The translations under genes were made by a program, and so were the position numbers. 64,000 nucleotides of DNA, taken from Alphaproteobacteria bacterium (GTDB lineage: Bacteria > Pseudomonadota > Alphaproteobacteria > UBA828). The notes below the pieces were generated by a model. It saw only the letters and a program-made list of their open reading frames with translations. It did no database searches and was not told the DNA's origin. Below are positions 20,535-29,199 of the stretch, piece by piece. The stretch is from the NCBI GenBank assembly GCA_965221125.1, contig CBDCRW010000005.1, positions 480,001 to 544,000 on the forward strand, written 5' to 3'. Each line of letters begins with the position of its first letter. Position 1 is the first letter of the stretch.

Positions 20535-21593
20535 ATGACCGACGCCACCGTGGCTGGCGGACCGGGCCTGCTCGAACGGCTCGACACGGGGCCGGTCATC
20601 TGCGCCGAGGGCTATCTGTTCGAGATCGAGCGCCGGGGCTACCTCTCCGCCGGCGCCTACGTGCCGGAAGCCGTGCTCGAGCACCCCGACGCGGTGGCGC
20701 GGCTGCACCGCGACTTCCTGCACGCGGGCTCCGAGGTCATGCTCGCCTTCACCTACTATGCCCACCGGGAAAAGCTCCGCCTGATCGGCAAGGAGGGCGC
20801 GCTGGAGGAGATCAACCGCACCGCGCTCCGCCTTGCGCGCGAGGCGGCGTTGGAAGGCGATGCGTTGGTCGCCGGAAATGTGTGTAATTCCAATATTTTC
20901 GTCCATGGCGACCCTGAATCTGCGCGGACGGTCCGCGCCATGTTCGACGAGCAGGTGGGCTGGGCCGTCGACGAGGGCGTGGACTTCATTGTCGCCGAGA
21001 CCATCTCGTTCGCGAGCGAGGCCCGGCTCGCGCTGGACGCGATCAAGGCGGCCGGGGTGCCGGCGGTCATCAACATCGCCATCCACCGCGAGCCGCACAC
21101 GCGGGACGGGCTGACCCCGGCCGAAGCGGCGAAACGCCTGGAAGACGCGGGCGCCGACGTGGTCGGGCTCAACTGCGCGCGCGGGCCGGCCTCCATGCTA
21201 CCGCTGCTGGGCCCCATCTGCGAGGCGGTGAGCTGCCATGTCTCGGCACTCCCGGTGGCCTACCGGACGAGCGCGGACGAGCCCACCTTCCAGTCGCTCA
21301 GCGATCCCAATTGCGGCTGCCTGCCCGACGGGCGCCCCTTCCCGGTCGCCCTCGACCCCTTCACGGTCAATCGCTACGAGATCGAGGAATTCACCCGAGA
21401 TGCGCACGCGCTCGGCGTGAACTACCTCGGCGTCTGCTGCGGCGCCGGGCCCCACCACGTCCGCGCCGTGGCCGAGGCGCTCGGCCGCCGCCCGCCCGCA
21501 AGCAAGTACTCGCCCGACATGTCGCGCCACGCCTTCTACGGCACGTCCGACCAGGTCCCGTCCGCATACAAGGACTTCTCGAAGAACCTGTAG
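20535..21593 (+). CDS. Homocysteine S-methyltransferase family (BHMT-like), paralog 1
   Basis: ICAEGYLFEIERRGY, AFTYYAH, Zn ligands GLNC and GVCCG. Confidence 0.9.
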   Translation: MTDATVAGGPGLLERLDTGPVICAEGYLFEIERRGYLSAGAYVPEAVLEHPDAVARLHRDFLHAGSEVMLAFTYYAHREKLRLIGKEGALEEINRTALRLAREAALEGDALVAGNVCNSNIFVHGDPESARTVRAMFDEQVGWAVDEGVDFIVAETISFASEARLALDAIKAAGVPAVINIAIHREPHTRDGLTPAEAAKRLEDAGADVVGLNCARGPASMLPLLGPICEAVSCHVSALPVAYRTSADEPTFQSLSDPNCGCLPDGRPFPVALDPFTVNRYEIEEFTRDAHALGVNYLGVCCGAGPHHVRAVAEALGRRPPASKYSPDMSRHAFYGTSDQVPSAYKDFSKNL

Positions 21594-21665
21594 CGCGGGT
21601 CTCACCCGCAAATTGTGGCGAGCCTCGCCGACCCGAGAGGCCGGCGCGAGCGAGGAGAATTCTCG

Positions 21666-22724
21666 ATGGACGACCCTTCAGCGACCGACGTGCCGGGGCT
21701 TCTCGAACGGCTCGAAGCGGGGCCGGTCATCTGCGCCGAGGGCTACCTGTTCGAGCTCGAGCGCGCCGGCTACGTCACCGCCGGCCCCTACGTGCCCGAA
21801 GCGGTGCTCGAACACCCCGATGCGGTGGTACGCCTGCACCGCGACTTCCTGCGCGCGGGCTCCGACGTCATGCTGGCGTTCACCTACTACGCCCATCGGG
21901 AGAAGCTAAGGCTGGTCGGCAAAGAGGATGCGCTGGAGGAGATGAACCGCACCGCGATCCGCCTTGCGCGCGTGGTGGCGCAGGAGGGCGGCGCGCTGGT
22001 CGCGGGCAACGTGTGCAACTCGAACATCTACGTGGACGGCGAGCCCGAGTCCGCGCGGACGGTGCGCGCCATGTTCGACGAGCAGGTGGGCTGGGCCGTC
22101 GACGAAGGCGTGGACTTCATCGTCGCCGAAACCATCGGGTATGCCAGCGAGGCGCTGCTCGCGCTCGACGCGATCAAGGAATCCGGCCTGCCGGCGGTGA
22201 TCAATCTCGCCATCTTCCGGGATCCGCTGACACGGGAGGGGCTGACCCCGGCGGAGGCCTGCAAGCGGCTCGAGGATGCGGGCGCCGACGTGGTCGGGCT
22301 CAACTGCGCGCGCGGGCCGGCGACCATGCTGCCGCTGCTGCGCTCCATCCGCGAGGCGGTGAGCTGCCACGTCGCGGCGCTGCCCGTGGCCTACCGCACC
22401 AGCGCAAACGAGCCGACCTTTCTCTCCATGAGCGATGCGGACTGCGGCTGCCTGCCGGAGGGGCGCGCCTTCCCCACCGCGCTCGACAACCTCGCCTGCA
22501 ACCGCTACGAGATCGCGGAGTTCACCAAGGCAGCGCGGGAACTGGGGGTGAACTACCTCGGGGTCTGCTGCGGCGCGGCTCCCCACCACATCCGCAGCAT
22601 GGCGGAGGCGCTCGGCCGCCGCCCGCCGGCGAGCAAGTACTCGCCCGACATGTCGCGCCACGCCTATCTCGGCACCGTCCCCGAGATTCCGGCGGCCAAC
22701 AAGGCGTTCGTGAAGGGCATGTAG
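21666..22724 (+). CDS. Homocysteine S-methyltransferase family (BHMT-like), paralog 2
   Basis: AGGAG RBS then ATG 21666; same motifs; colinear with paralog 1. Confidence 0.9.
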   Translation: MDDPSATDVPGLLERLEAGPVICAEGYLFELERAGYVTAGPYVPEAVLEHPDAVVRLHRDFLRAGSDVMLAFTYYAHREKLRLVGKEDALEEMNRTAIRLARVVAQEGGALVAGNVCNSNIYVDGEPESARTVRAMFDEQVGWAVDEGVDFIVAETIGYASEALLALDAIKESGLPAVINLAIFRDPLTREGLTPAEACKRLEDAGADVVGLNCARGPATMLPLLRSIREAVSCHVAALPVAYRTSANEPTFLSMSDADCGCLPEGRAFPTALDNLACNRYEIAEFTKAARELGVNYLGVCCGAAPHHIRSMAEALGRRPPASKYSPDMSRHAYLGTVPEIPAANKAFVKGM

Positions 22725-22746
22725 CCCGCGCCGGCGCGGGCCTCTC

Positions 22747-24357
22747 TCAGCCGCCCACCCCGCCGTAGGCGACGCCGGAGAGGCGCGCCATGTCCTCCTT
22801 CCAGGTCACGAGGTCGTCGAGCGCGAATTCGCCGAGGTGCGTGTGCCCGCAGGCGCGCGCCATGATCTTCATCAGCTCGACGCTCGCCTCGAAGAAGCTC
22901 GCGAGCCGCCGCGCCGACTTCTCCACCTCGATCCGCGCGGCAAGATGAGGCTTCTGCGTCGCGATGCCGACCGGGCAGTTGTTGGTGTGGCAGGCGCGCA
23001 TGCCGAGGCAGCCGATGGCCTGAATCGCGGCATTGGAAACCGCGACCGCATCGGCGCCGAGCGCCAGCGCCTTGGCGAAATCGGCGGGCTTGCGAAGGCC
23101 GCCCGTGATCACCAGCGTCACGTCCCGGCGCCCGGACGCGTCGAGATGGCGGCGGGCGCGCGCCAGCGCCGGGATCGTCGGCACCGAGATGTTGTCGCGG
23201 AAGATGAGCGGCGCCGCCCCGGTGCCGCCGCCGCGGCCATCCAGGATGACGTAGTCGACGCCCACGTCCAGCGCCGCGTCGATGTCCTTCTCGATGTGCT
23301 GGGCCGAGAGCTTGTAGCCGATGGGGATGCCGCCGGTGCGGCTGCGCACCTCGTCGGCGAAGTCCCGCACCTGGCGCCAGTCCGTCCAGTCCGGGAAGCG
23401 AGGCGGCGAGACCGCGGGCGTGCCTTCGGGCAGCCCCCGCACGTCGGCGATCTTGCCCATCACTTTGTGCCCTGGCAGGTGCCCGCCGGTGCCTGTCTTG
23501 GCGCCTTGCCCGCCCTTGAAGTGGAAGGCCTGCACGTGCTCGAGCTTGTCCCACGAGAAGCCGAAGCGGCCGGAGGCATACTCGTAGAAGTAGCGGCTGC
23601 AGGCCTGCTGCTCCTCCGGCAGCATGCCGCCCTCGCCCGAGCAGATGCCGGTGCCGGAAAGCTCCGCGCCGCGCGCGAGCGAAACCTTGGCGGGCTCCGA
23701 GAGCGCCCCAAAACTCATGTCGGAGACGAGGAGCGGAATCTCCAGCGTGAGCGGCTTCTGCGCATTGGGCCCGATCACCACCTCGGTGCCGACCGGCTCG
23801 TCGTCCAGGTGCGGCATGCGGTGAAGCTGCGCCGTGATGAACTGGATGTCGTCCCAGCTCGGCAGGTCCTGGCGCGGCACGCCCATGGCCACGACCACGC
23901 CGTGGTGGCCGGTCTTGGCAAGCCCGTCCTTCGCGTAGCCCTGGATGAGGCCCACATGGGGCTCCTCGGCTGCCGGGTGCGTGTCGGCGTAGAGGCCGAG
24001 ATACTCGTCCCGCTTGAAGGGCTGCGGGTGCTCCTCCTCCCAGGTGCCGATCTCGTCGGCGTCCACCAGAATCTGCCCGTCCTCGATCCACGAGGCGAAC
24101 CTGGGCAGGACCTCCGCGTTGTTGTACTCGCTGACGCCGGTATCGAGGCGGTAGTCCCAGTCGTGCACGCCGCAGATCAGGTTCTCGCCGTCGACGTAGC
24201 CGTCGGACATGAGCGCGCCCCGGTGCAGGCAGCGGCCGTAGAAGACGGACACGTTGTCGTCGTAGCGCACGACGCAGAGATCGACGTCGCCGACCAGCGC
24301 GTAGGCCGGCTCGCGGTCAGCCAATTCGTCGAGCGTCTTGATCGCGATCTTGTTCAT
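22747..24357 (-). CDS. Rieske [2Fe-2S] + FMN-binding glutamate synthase-family fusion
   Basis: CLH...CGVH Rieske motif; DMSFGALS, SGEGG, GQGAKTGTGGHLPG, DGRGGGTGAAP; CLGMRACHTNNCPVG 3Fe-4S motif. Confidence 0.88.
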   Translation of the reverse strand: MNKIAIKTLDELADREPAYALVGDVDLCVVRYDDNVSVFYGRCLHRGALMSDGYVDGENLICGVHDWDYRLDTGVSEYNNAEVLPRFASWIEDGQILVDADEIGTWEEEHPQPFKRDEYLGLYADTHPAAEEPHVGLIQGYAKDGLAKTGHHGVVVAMGVPRQDLPSWDDIQFITAQLHRMPHLDDEPVGTEVVIGPNAQKPLTLEIPLLVSDMSFGALSEPAKVSLARGAELSGTGICSGEGGMLPEEQQACSRYFYEYASGRFGFSWDKLEHVQAFHFKGGQGAKTGTGGHLPGHKVMGKIADVRGLPEGTPAVSPPRFPDWTDWRQVRDFADEVRSRTGGIPIGYKLSAQHIEKDIDAALDVGVDYVILDGRGGGTGAAPLIFRDNISVPTIPALARARRHLDASGRRDVTLVITGGLRKPADFAKALALGADAVAVSNAAIQAIGCLGMRACHTNNCPVGIATQKPHLAARIEVEKSARRLASFFEASVELMKIMARACGHTHLGEFALDDLVTWKEDMARLSGVAYGGVGG

Positions 24358-24421
24358 CGGCTTGTGCCTTTCGCCGCCGCGCGCGGCCCGCACGGCGCCC
24401 TGTCGATGCTCAGGCGCCGCC

Positions 24422-24661
24422 TCAATCGCCTGGGTCGGCGAGGGAAACGCCGCGTCTGCGCAGCAGGAGTTCGGCTCGCCTGAAGACGATGTGGGCGACG
24501 CACAGCAGGGCGAAGGCGCCCATGACGCCGGCGAAGATGCCGAAGCCGGAGATGAGCGTGCCGCGAATCTGCTGCTGCACCTCCAGATAGACCCAGTAGG
24601 AGGCGTAGCCCAGGCCGGCGGTCACGATTGCGCCGATAACGATCCAGGCGGCGTTGCGCAT
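24422..24661 (-). CDS. Small two-TM membrane protein
   Basis: 79 aa with two hydrophobic segments; starts 3 nt after the upstream stop. Confidence 0.65.
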   Translation of the reverse strand: MRNAAWIVIGAIVTAGLGYASYWVYLEVQQQIRGTLISGFGIFAGVMGAFALLCVAHIVFRRAELLLRRRGVSLADPGD

Positions 24662-24664
24662 GGC

Positions 24665-25453
24665 TCAGAGCACCTTGGCCTTGTCGATGTCGACCTTGAA
24701 GACGAGCAAGTCGTCGAGGCGCTCGACCTCGCCTTCGAGCTGGACGAGGACCGCCACGTAGTCGCCGAAGTTGTCGGGGAGCGGCCCGCCGTCCTCATCG
24801 GCCATCAGCAGGAAGGTCTCGCCGGCGACCGCGCCTTCCTCTTGCGTGACGAAAATCGGCGGCGCGCCGGAGGAGATGCAGAGGTTGGCGCAGGCCTTGT
24901 GCGCGAGCCCGTCGCCCGGCCGCATCGCGCCGAGATGGCACTTGCTGTCGCAGATCTCGCCGATCAACCGCCAGCGCCCGAGGGGCTCGGCCGGGGCCGG
25001 GGTGAACGTCGGCGGCGGCTCGCCCTCGCCCGCCTCGGTCGCCTTGAGGGACTTCTTGCCCTGGACCTGCAGCATGTCGATGTCGCCGCGCTGAAACATG
25101 AAGCCCTTCACGTCGACGAGCTGGCCGAAAAGTTTTCTGCCGCGGCGCTTGACGCTGCGCTTGCCGGGCACCGTGAGCATGACCGTCCGGGCTTCGGGAT
25201 TCTTGGCGTCCGGGCGCACGCGCAGGATCGGATAGGGCTTCTCCAACAGCACCCCCGTCATCTCCTGCTTGCCGAGCTTGCGCGCGAACGCGCCGTCGCC
25301 GGGGTCGTTCGCGTTGGTGCCGAGCGCGTAGCCGAGGCCCGCCATGCTGCCCACGAGCAGGGCGGCGACCGCCACGAGGAAGATCGCGAGCGGGCGCGGC
25401 ACCGTGTTCAGGTAGCCGATGAAGAAGCCGGAATCGGGTGCGCGGCCTGCCAT
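24665..25453 (-). CDS. Membrane-anchored hypothetical protein with Cys/His motif
   Basis: N-terminal TM helix; GEICDSKCHLGAMRPG..AHKACANLCISSGAPP. Confidence 0.8.
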   Translation of the reverse strand: MAGRAPDSGFFIGYLNTVPRPLAIFLVAVAALLVGSMAGLGYALGTNANDPGDGAFARKLGKQEMTGVLLEKPYPILRVRPDAKNPEARTVMLTVPGKRSVKRRGRKLFGQLVDVKGFMFQRGDIDMLQVQGKKSLKATEAGEGEPPPTFTPAPAEPLGRWRLIGEICDSKCHLGAMRPGDGLAHKACANLCISSGAPPIFVTQEEGAVAGETFLLMADEDGGPLPDNFGDYVAVLVQLEGEVERLDDLLVFKVDIDKAKVL

Positions 25454-25454
25454 G

Positions 25455-26525
25455 TTACGCCTCCGTCACGTCTGCGGGAGCGATGCGCACCGGCTCGACA
25501 CGGGTGCCGGGCTCGTTGGCCCGCGGGTCGAGCAGGATGCGCCGGCCGTCGAGCTTGAGCCGGTAAGTCGCGACCTTCTCGGTAAACGGCGGCGGCGCGC
25601 GGCCGTCCTCCGGCCGGTACTGGAAGCCGTGCCACGGGCAGGTCACGCAACCGTCCATGATGCGCCCCTCGCCGAGCGGCCCGTTCTGATGGGCGCAGAC
25701 GTTGGCGAGCGCCGACAGCTTGTCGTCGTAGCGGAAGATCGCGACCCGCTCGTCCCCGTCCAGCGGCACGACGATTCCGCGCCCGTCCGGCACCTGCTCC
25801 ACATAGCCGGCGACGACCCAGGGCGCCTCCTCGGCGTCCTCGGCCGCGTTCCGGTCCTTCTGCCGCTCGATGCGCCCCGCGACGAGGTGCAGGCCGGTGA
25901 CCAGCACCACGCTGAGCCCCACGATGGCGGCGAGGATCGGGCTCTGCTTCGACTGCAGGGAGCCGAGCACGATATGGCAGACGATCGCCGCATAGGCGAC
26001 GTAGACCGAGATGTGAATCGCCTTCCAGATCGACGGAGTCAGGAACCTGAGCCAGAAGTCGTGGCTCGTCGCCGCGAGCACCAGCAGCAGGAAGAGCGCG
26101 AAGATGCCGAAGGTCTCGAAGGGGAAGCCGAGGAAGCGATCGTAGCTCGTGTTGCTTGCCAGCACGGCGACGTACTTGTTGAGCGGGCTGAACGAGTAAT
26201 AGATGCTGACGATGCTGGCCGCGTGGGTGAACGCCACCGCGCAGGTGATCACGCCGAAATGCCGGCGGTTGTAGAGCAGCGGCAGGAAGCGCGTATCCAG
26301 CCGCGCGAGCGGCCCGATACAGAGGACGAACGTCAGCATCAGGAAGGCGCAGGTGCCGAAGGCCTGCGACCTGAGGATGACTCCGGTGGTGGGCTTGGTG
26401 ACGTCCTGAAAGCTTGGCGCGATCTTGATGTAGAGCAGAATGAATGCGACGACGGCCGCCAGCAGCACGACGTCGTAGATGATCTTGTTGCGGTTCCAGC
26501 CGACCGGCGCGTAGCGCACGCTCAT
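25455..26525 (-). CDS. Ferric reductase-like TM domain + C-terminal Rieske fusion
   Basis: YNRRHFG, AATSHD, WKAIH..VY and intramembrane His residues; CAHQNG...CPWHG. Confidence 0.87.
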   Translation of the reverse strand: MSVRYAPVGWNRNKIIYDVVLLAAVVAFILLYIKIAPSFQDVTKPTTGVILRSQAFGTCAFLMLTFVLCIGPLARLDTRFLPLLYNRRHFGVITCAVAFTHAASIVSIYYSFSPLNKYVAVLASNTSYDRFLGFPFETFGIFALFLLLVLAATSHDFWLRFLTPSIWKAIHISVYVAYAAIVCHIVLGSLQSKQSPILAAIVGLSVVLVTGLHLVAGRIERQKDRNAAEDAEEAPWVVAGYVEQVPDGRGIVVPLDGDERVAIFRYDDKLSALANVCAHQNGPLGEGRIMDGCVTCPWHGFQYRPEDGRAPPPFTEKVATYRLKLDGRRILLDPRANEPGTRVEPVRIAPADVTEA

Positions 26526-26540
26526 CGCTCCAGCGCCCCC

Positions 26541-26720
26541 TTACTCGTCCGCCGTGGCGGCGGGCGCGGCGGCCTCGGCCGCGGGCTTCTCGATCTGGAC
26601 CGCGGATTTCTCCGTCGGCCCGTGCTGGCGAATGGCGAGCGCCGCGATCAGCATCGCGGGCAGGAAGATGGCGAGCACCTTCCACATGTAGGCGTGGGTC
26701 TTGCGGTGGCGGCGCAGCAT
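26541..26720 (-). CDS. Small single-TM protein (59 aa, not in ORF track)
   Basis: MLRRHRKTHAYMWKVLAIFLPAMLIAALAIRQHGP...ADE*; fits between the neighbouring operon genes. Confidence 0.7.
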   Translation of the reverse strand: MLRRHRKTHAYMWKVLAIFLPAMLIAALAIRQHGPTEKSAVQIEKPAAEAAAPAATADE

Positions 26721-26730
26721 GGCGAAGCCG

Positions 26731-26943
26731 TCAGCCGCGCTGCCGCTCGACCGCGACCCAGCGGGCGATCACCAGCGGCCAGAGCACGATGCAGCCGGGG
26801 ATCAGCAGTGGGCGGAAGGCATAGGTGCGGCGCGCGCGCGGGTCCACCCGCTCGATGCCGTAGAGCAGGAACGCGGCGGCAACGGCGAGCCCGATGTAGC
26901 CGTAGTACTGCAGAATTTCGATGACGATGCGTGCCGCGTCCAC
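26731..26943 (-). CDS. Small two-TM membrane protein
   Basis: 70 aa; YGYIGLAVAAAFL..RVDP..AFRPLLIPGCIVLWP; GGGGG RBS-like run before GTG. Confidence 0.75.
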   Translation of the reverse strand: MDAARIVIEILQYYGYIGLAVAAAFLLYGIERVDPRARRTYAFRPLLIPGCIVLWPLVIARWVAVERQRG

Positions 26944-27132
26944 GCTTCACCCCCCTGAAGAGCGGGCGCCGCCCATGGCCCCCGCCGGAGATCGTGTCCC
27001 GTCGCCCACCCCTGTCCTCGGCGCGGCTGAACGATACGAACGTTCGCGGCCCGTGCCAACCCAAAGTGCGATCAACAATGCGCGAGGCGCATATCAGGAG
27101 GGCCGGGCTTCGCGTAACCGGGAGCCGGCGTG

Positions 27133-27471
27133 TCAGCCGGCGAGGACCTCGAGCGCGGCGGCCCTGGTCGGGTGGACCGCGATGAGCCTGTCCGCGCCGC
27201 TCCCCGCGAAGACCGCGGCGACGACCCCCTGCGGCGCGCAGATGGCCAGGCTCACGTCGCGGTCCCGCAGGATCCGGGCGGTGATCCGAAGCGCGCGCAG
27301 GCCGACGTTGCCGATGTAGGCGAGCTGCTCGAAGTCCAGGACCACGGCGCGGTCGCCTCCCTGAAGCGCCCCGGTAATCGCTGTCTGGAGCGCGCTGGCG
27401 CTCTTCGGATCGATCCGCCCGCTCACCGCCGCGATCAGGACATCGCCGCGCCGCTCCGTGCTCACTTCCAT
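27133..27471 (-). CDS. STAS-domain protein (anti-anti-sigma-like)
   Basis: SGRID..VVLDFEQLAYIGNVGLR; GGAGG RBS. Confidence 0.85.
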   Translation of the reverse strand: MEVSTERRGDVLIAAVSGRIDPKSASALQTAITGALQGGDRAVVLDFEQLAYIGNVGLRALRITARILRDRDVSLAICAPQGVVAAVFAGSGADRLIAVHPTRAAALEVLAG

Positions 27472-27702
27472 CGCCCGCCTCCCCGCGCAAACAGCGCGCG
27501 GCTATACCACGCGCGCAGGCTGCCCCGCCAGCCTGGGCAGCCGGCTACACGTTACCGCATGCAACTGGAGTGGAGCGGCATAGGGGAAGTGCTGGAATTC
27601 GCCCGCCATCCTCCCCATGATAGGAGCGAGCGGCGGCACCCCACGGCCCGGCCAGGGACGCGACACGAACGGGCGGGGAACCCGACCGCAGAGGGCTGGG
27701 AG

Positions 27703-29199
27703 ATGGCCACCTCGACGATACCGATGGCGCGGGGCCTGCCGGTCGTCGGCAGCGTCTTCGACTTGGCGCGGGACGTGCGCGCCTTCATGACCGACAACTA
27801 CCTGGAGCACGGGCCGGTCTACGGCATGCGCCTGTTCAACCGGCGCTTCACCGTGCTGGCCGGGATGGAGGCCAACCGCTTCCTCGCGCGCGAGGGCACG
27901 AAGCACGTTCGCTCGTTCGAGTTCTGGAGCGGCTTCAACGCCTGGTTCGGCGCGGCACGGTCGACGCTGAGCGCCGACGGGCCGGAGCATGCGGCGTTCC
28001 GGCGCACGCTGAAGCGGGGCTATTCGCGCGAGTACGCCGTGGAGCACATCGACGGCCTCGTCGACATCGCCCGCCGCGAGATCGCGGCGTGGCCAGAGGG
28101 CAAGCCGATGCCCGCGCTGCCGGCGCTGCAGCGCATCGTCACCGACCAGGTGGGCACCCTGGTGGCCGGCGTCTCGCCCCGCCCCTACAACGACGACCTC
28201 GTCCGCTACGTCCACGGGCTGCTCTCGGCCACCATGGTCCCCGGCCCCTACGTGCGCTGGTCGCCCCGCTTCCGCCGTGCGTCCGCACGCGTGGACAAGC
28301 TCTACCACGAGGTGATCGAGCGCCATTCCGGCACGATGCGGGAGCGGCACGGCGCAGAGCCCGACCTGATCGACGACCTGCTGGACATGCACGAAGCGGA
28401 CCCGAAGTTCTTCCCCGAGGCGGACCTGAAGATCGCGGCGATGGGCCCCTTCGTCGCGGCGCTCGACACGGTGGCGGGCACGACCGCCTTCATGCTCTAC
28501 GCGCTGCTGCGCAACCCGGACGTGCTGGAGCGCGTGCGCGACGAGGCCGACGCCCTGCTTGCCGGCGACGTGCCGGCGGAGCAGGCGCTGCGCGAGATGG
28601 ATGCCACCCACCGCGCGGCCATGGAAACCATGCGGATGTATCCGGTGACCCCGATGCTCATCCGCACCGCCGCCAATTCCTTCGAGTTCGCGGGCCATCG
28701 CATCCCCGCCGGCGCGCGGCTGATCGTCGCCACCGCCGTGCCGCACTACCTGCCTGAATACTTCCCCGAGCCCGAGCGCTTCGACATCGACCGCTACACG
28801 CCGGAACGGGCGGAGCACAAGCAGGCTTACGTCTATGCGCCCTTCGGCCTCGGCCCCCATCGCTGCCTCGGCAGCGGCTTCGCCGAGGTGCAGATCGCCG
28901 CGACCATGGCGACCATCCTGAACGAGGTCGACCTCGACCTCGATCGGGCCGGCTACAGCCTGAAGACCACGCAGTTCCCCGTGCCCGCGCCGGCCGAATC
29001 GTTCAAGATCCGCGTCAGGGGCCGGCGCGGGGCCGCGCAGCCGCTCGCGGAGGGCAAGCCCTGGGGCGCGACGGGCGCCGTGCTCGGCAGCGCGCTGCTC
29101 GGCGGCGCGCTCTGGGGCGCGCTCGGCGCCGAGGCTGCGCGGGAAGCCTTTCGTTCGATAACGCCGGCGCAGCTCGGCCGGCGTCCGCTCATCCGATAA
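27703..29199 (+). CDS. Cytochrome P450 with C-terminal Gly-rich hydrophobic extension
   Basis: GLPVVG, AALDTV (I helix), ETMR (ExxR), PERF, FGLGPHRCLG heme Cys. Confidence 0.93.
   Translation: MATSTIPMARGLPVVGSVFDLARDVRAFMTDNYLEHGPVYGMRLFNRRFTVLAGMEANRFLAREGTKHVRSFEFWSGFNAWFGAARSTLSADGPEHAAFRRTLKRGYSREYAVEHIDGLVDIARREIAAWPEGKPMPALPALQRIVTDQVGTLVAGVSPRPYNDDLVRYVHGLLSATMVPGPYVRWSPRFRRASARVDKLYHEVIERHSGTMRERHGAEPDLIDDLLDMHEADPKFFPEADLKIAAMGPFVAALDTVAGTTAFMLYALLRNPDVLERVRDEADALLAGDVPAEQALREMDATHRAAMETMRMYPVTPMLIRTAANSFEFAGHRIPAGARLIVATAVPHYLPEYFPEPERFDIDRYTPERAEHKQAYVYAPFGLGPHRCLGSGFAEVQIAATMATILNEVDLDLDRAGYSLKTTQFPVPAPAESFKIRVRGRRGAAQPLAEGKPWGATGAVLGSALLGGALWGALGAEAAREAFRSITPAQLGRRPLIR

Noticed and set aside
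22747-24357. Calling the Rieske-FMN protein gltB or mgsC
   Set aside because: Lacks the amidotransferase and GXGXG domains and partner subunits, so no symbol was given.
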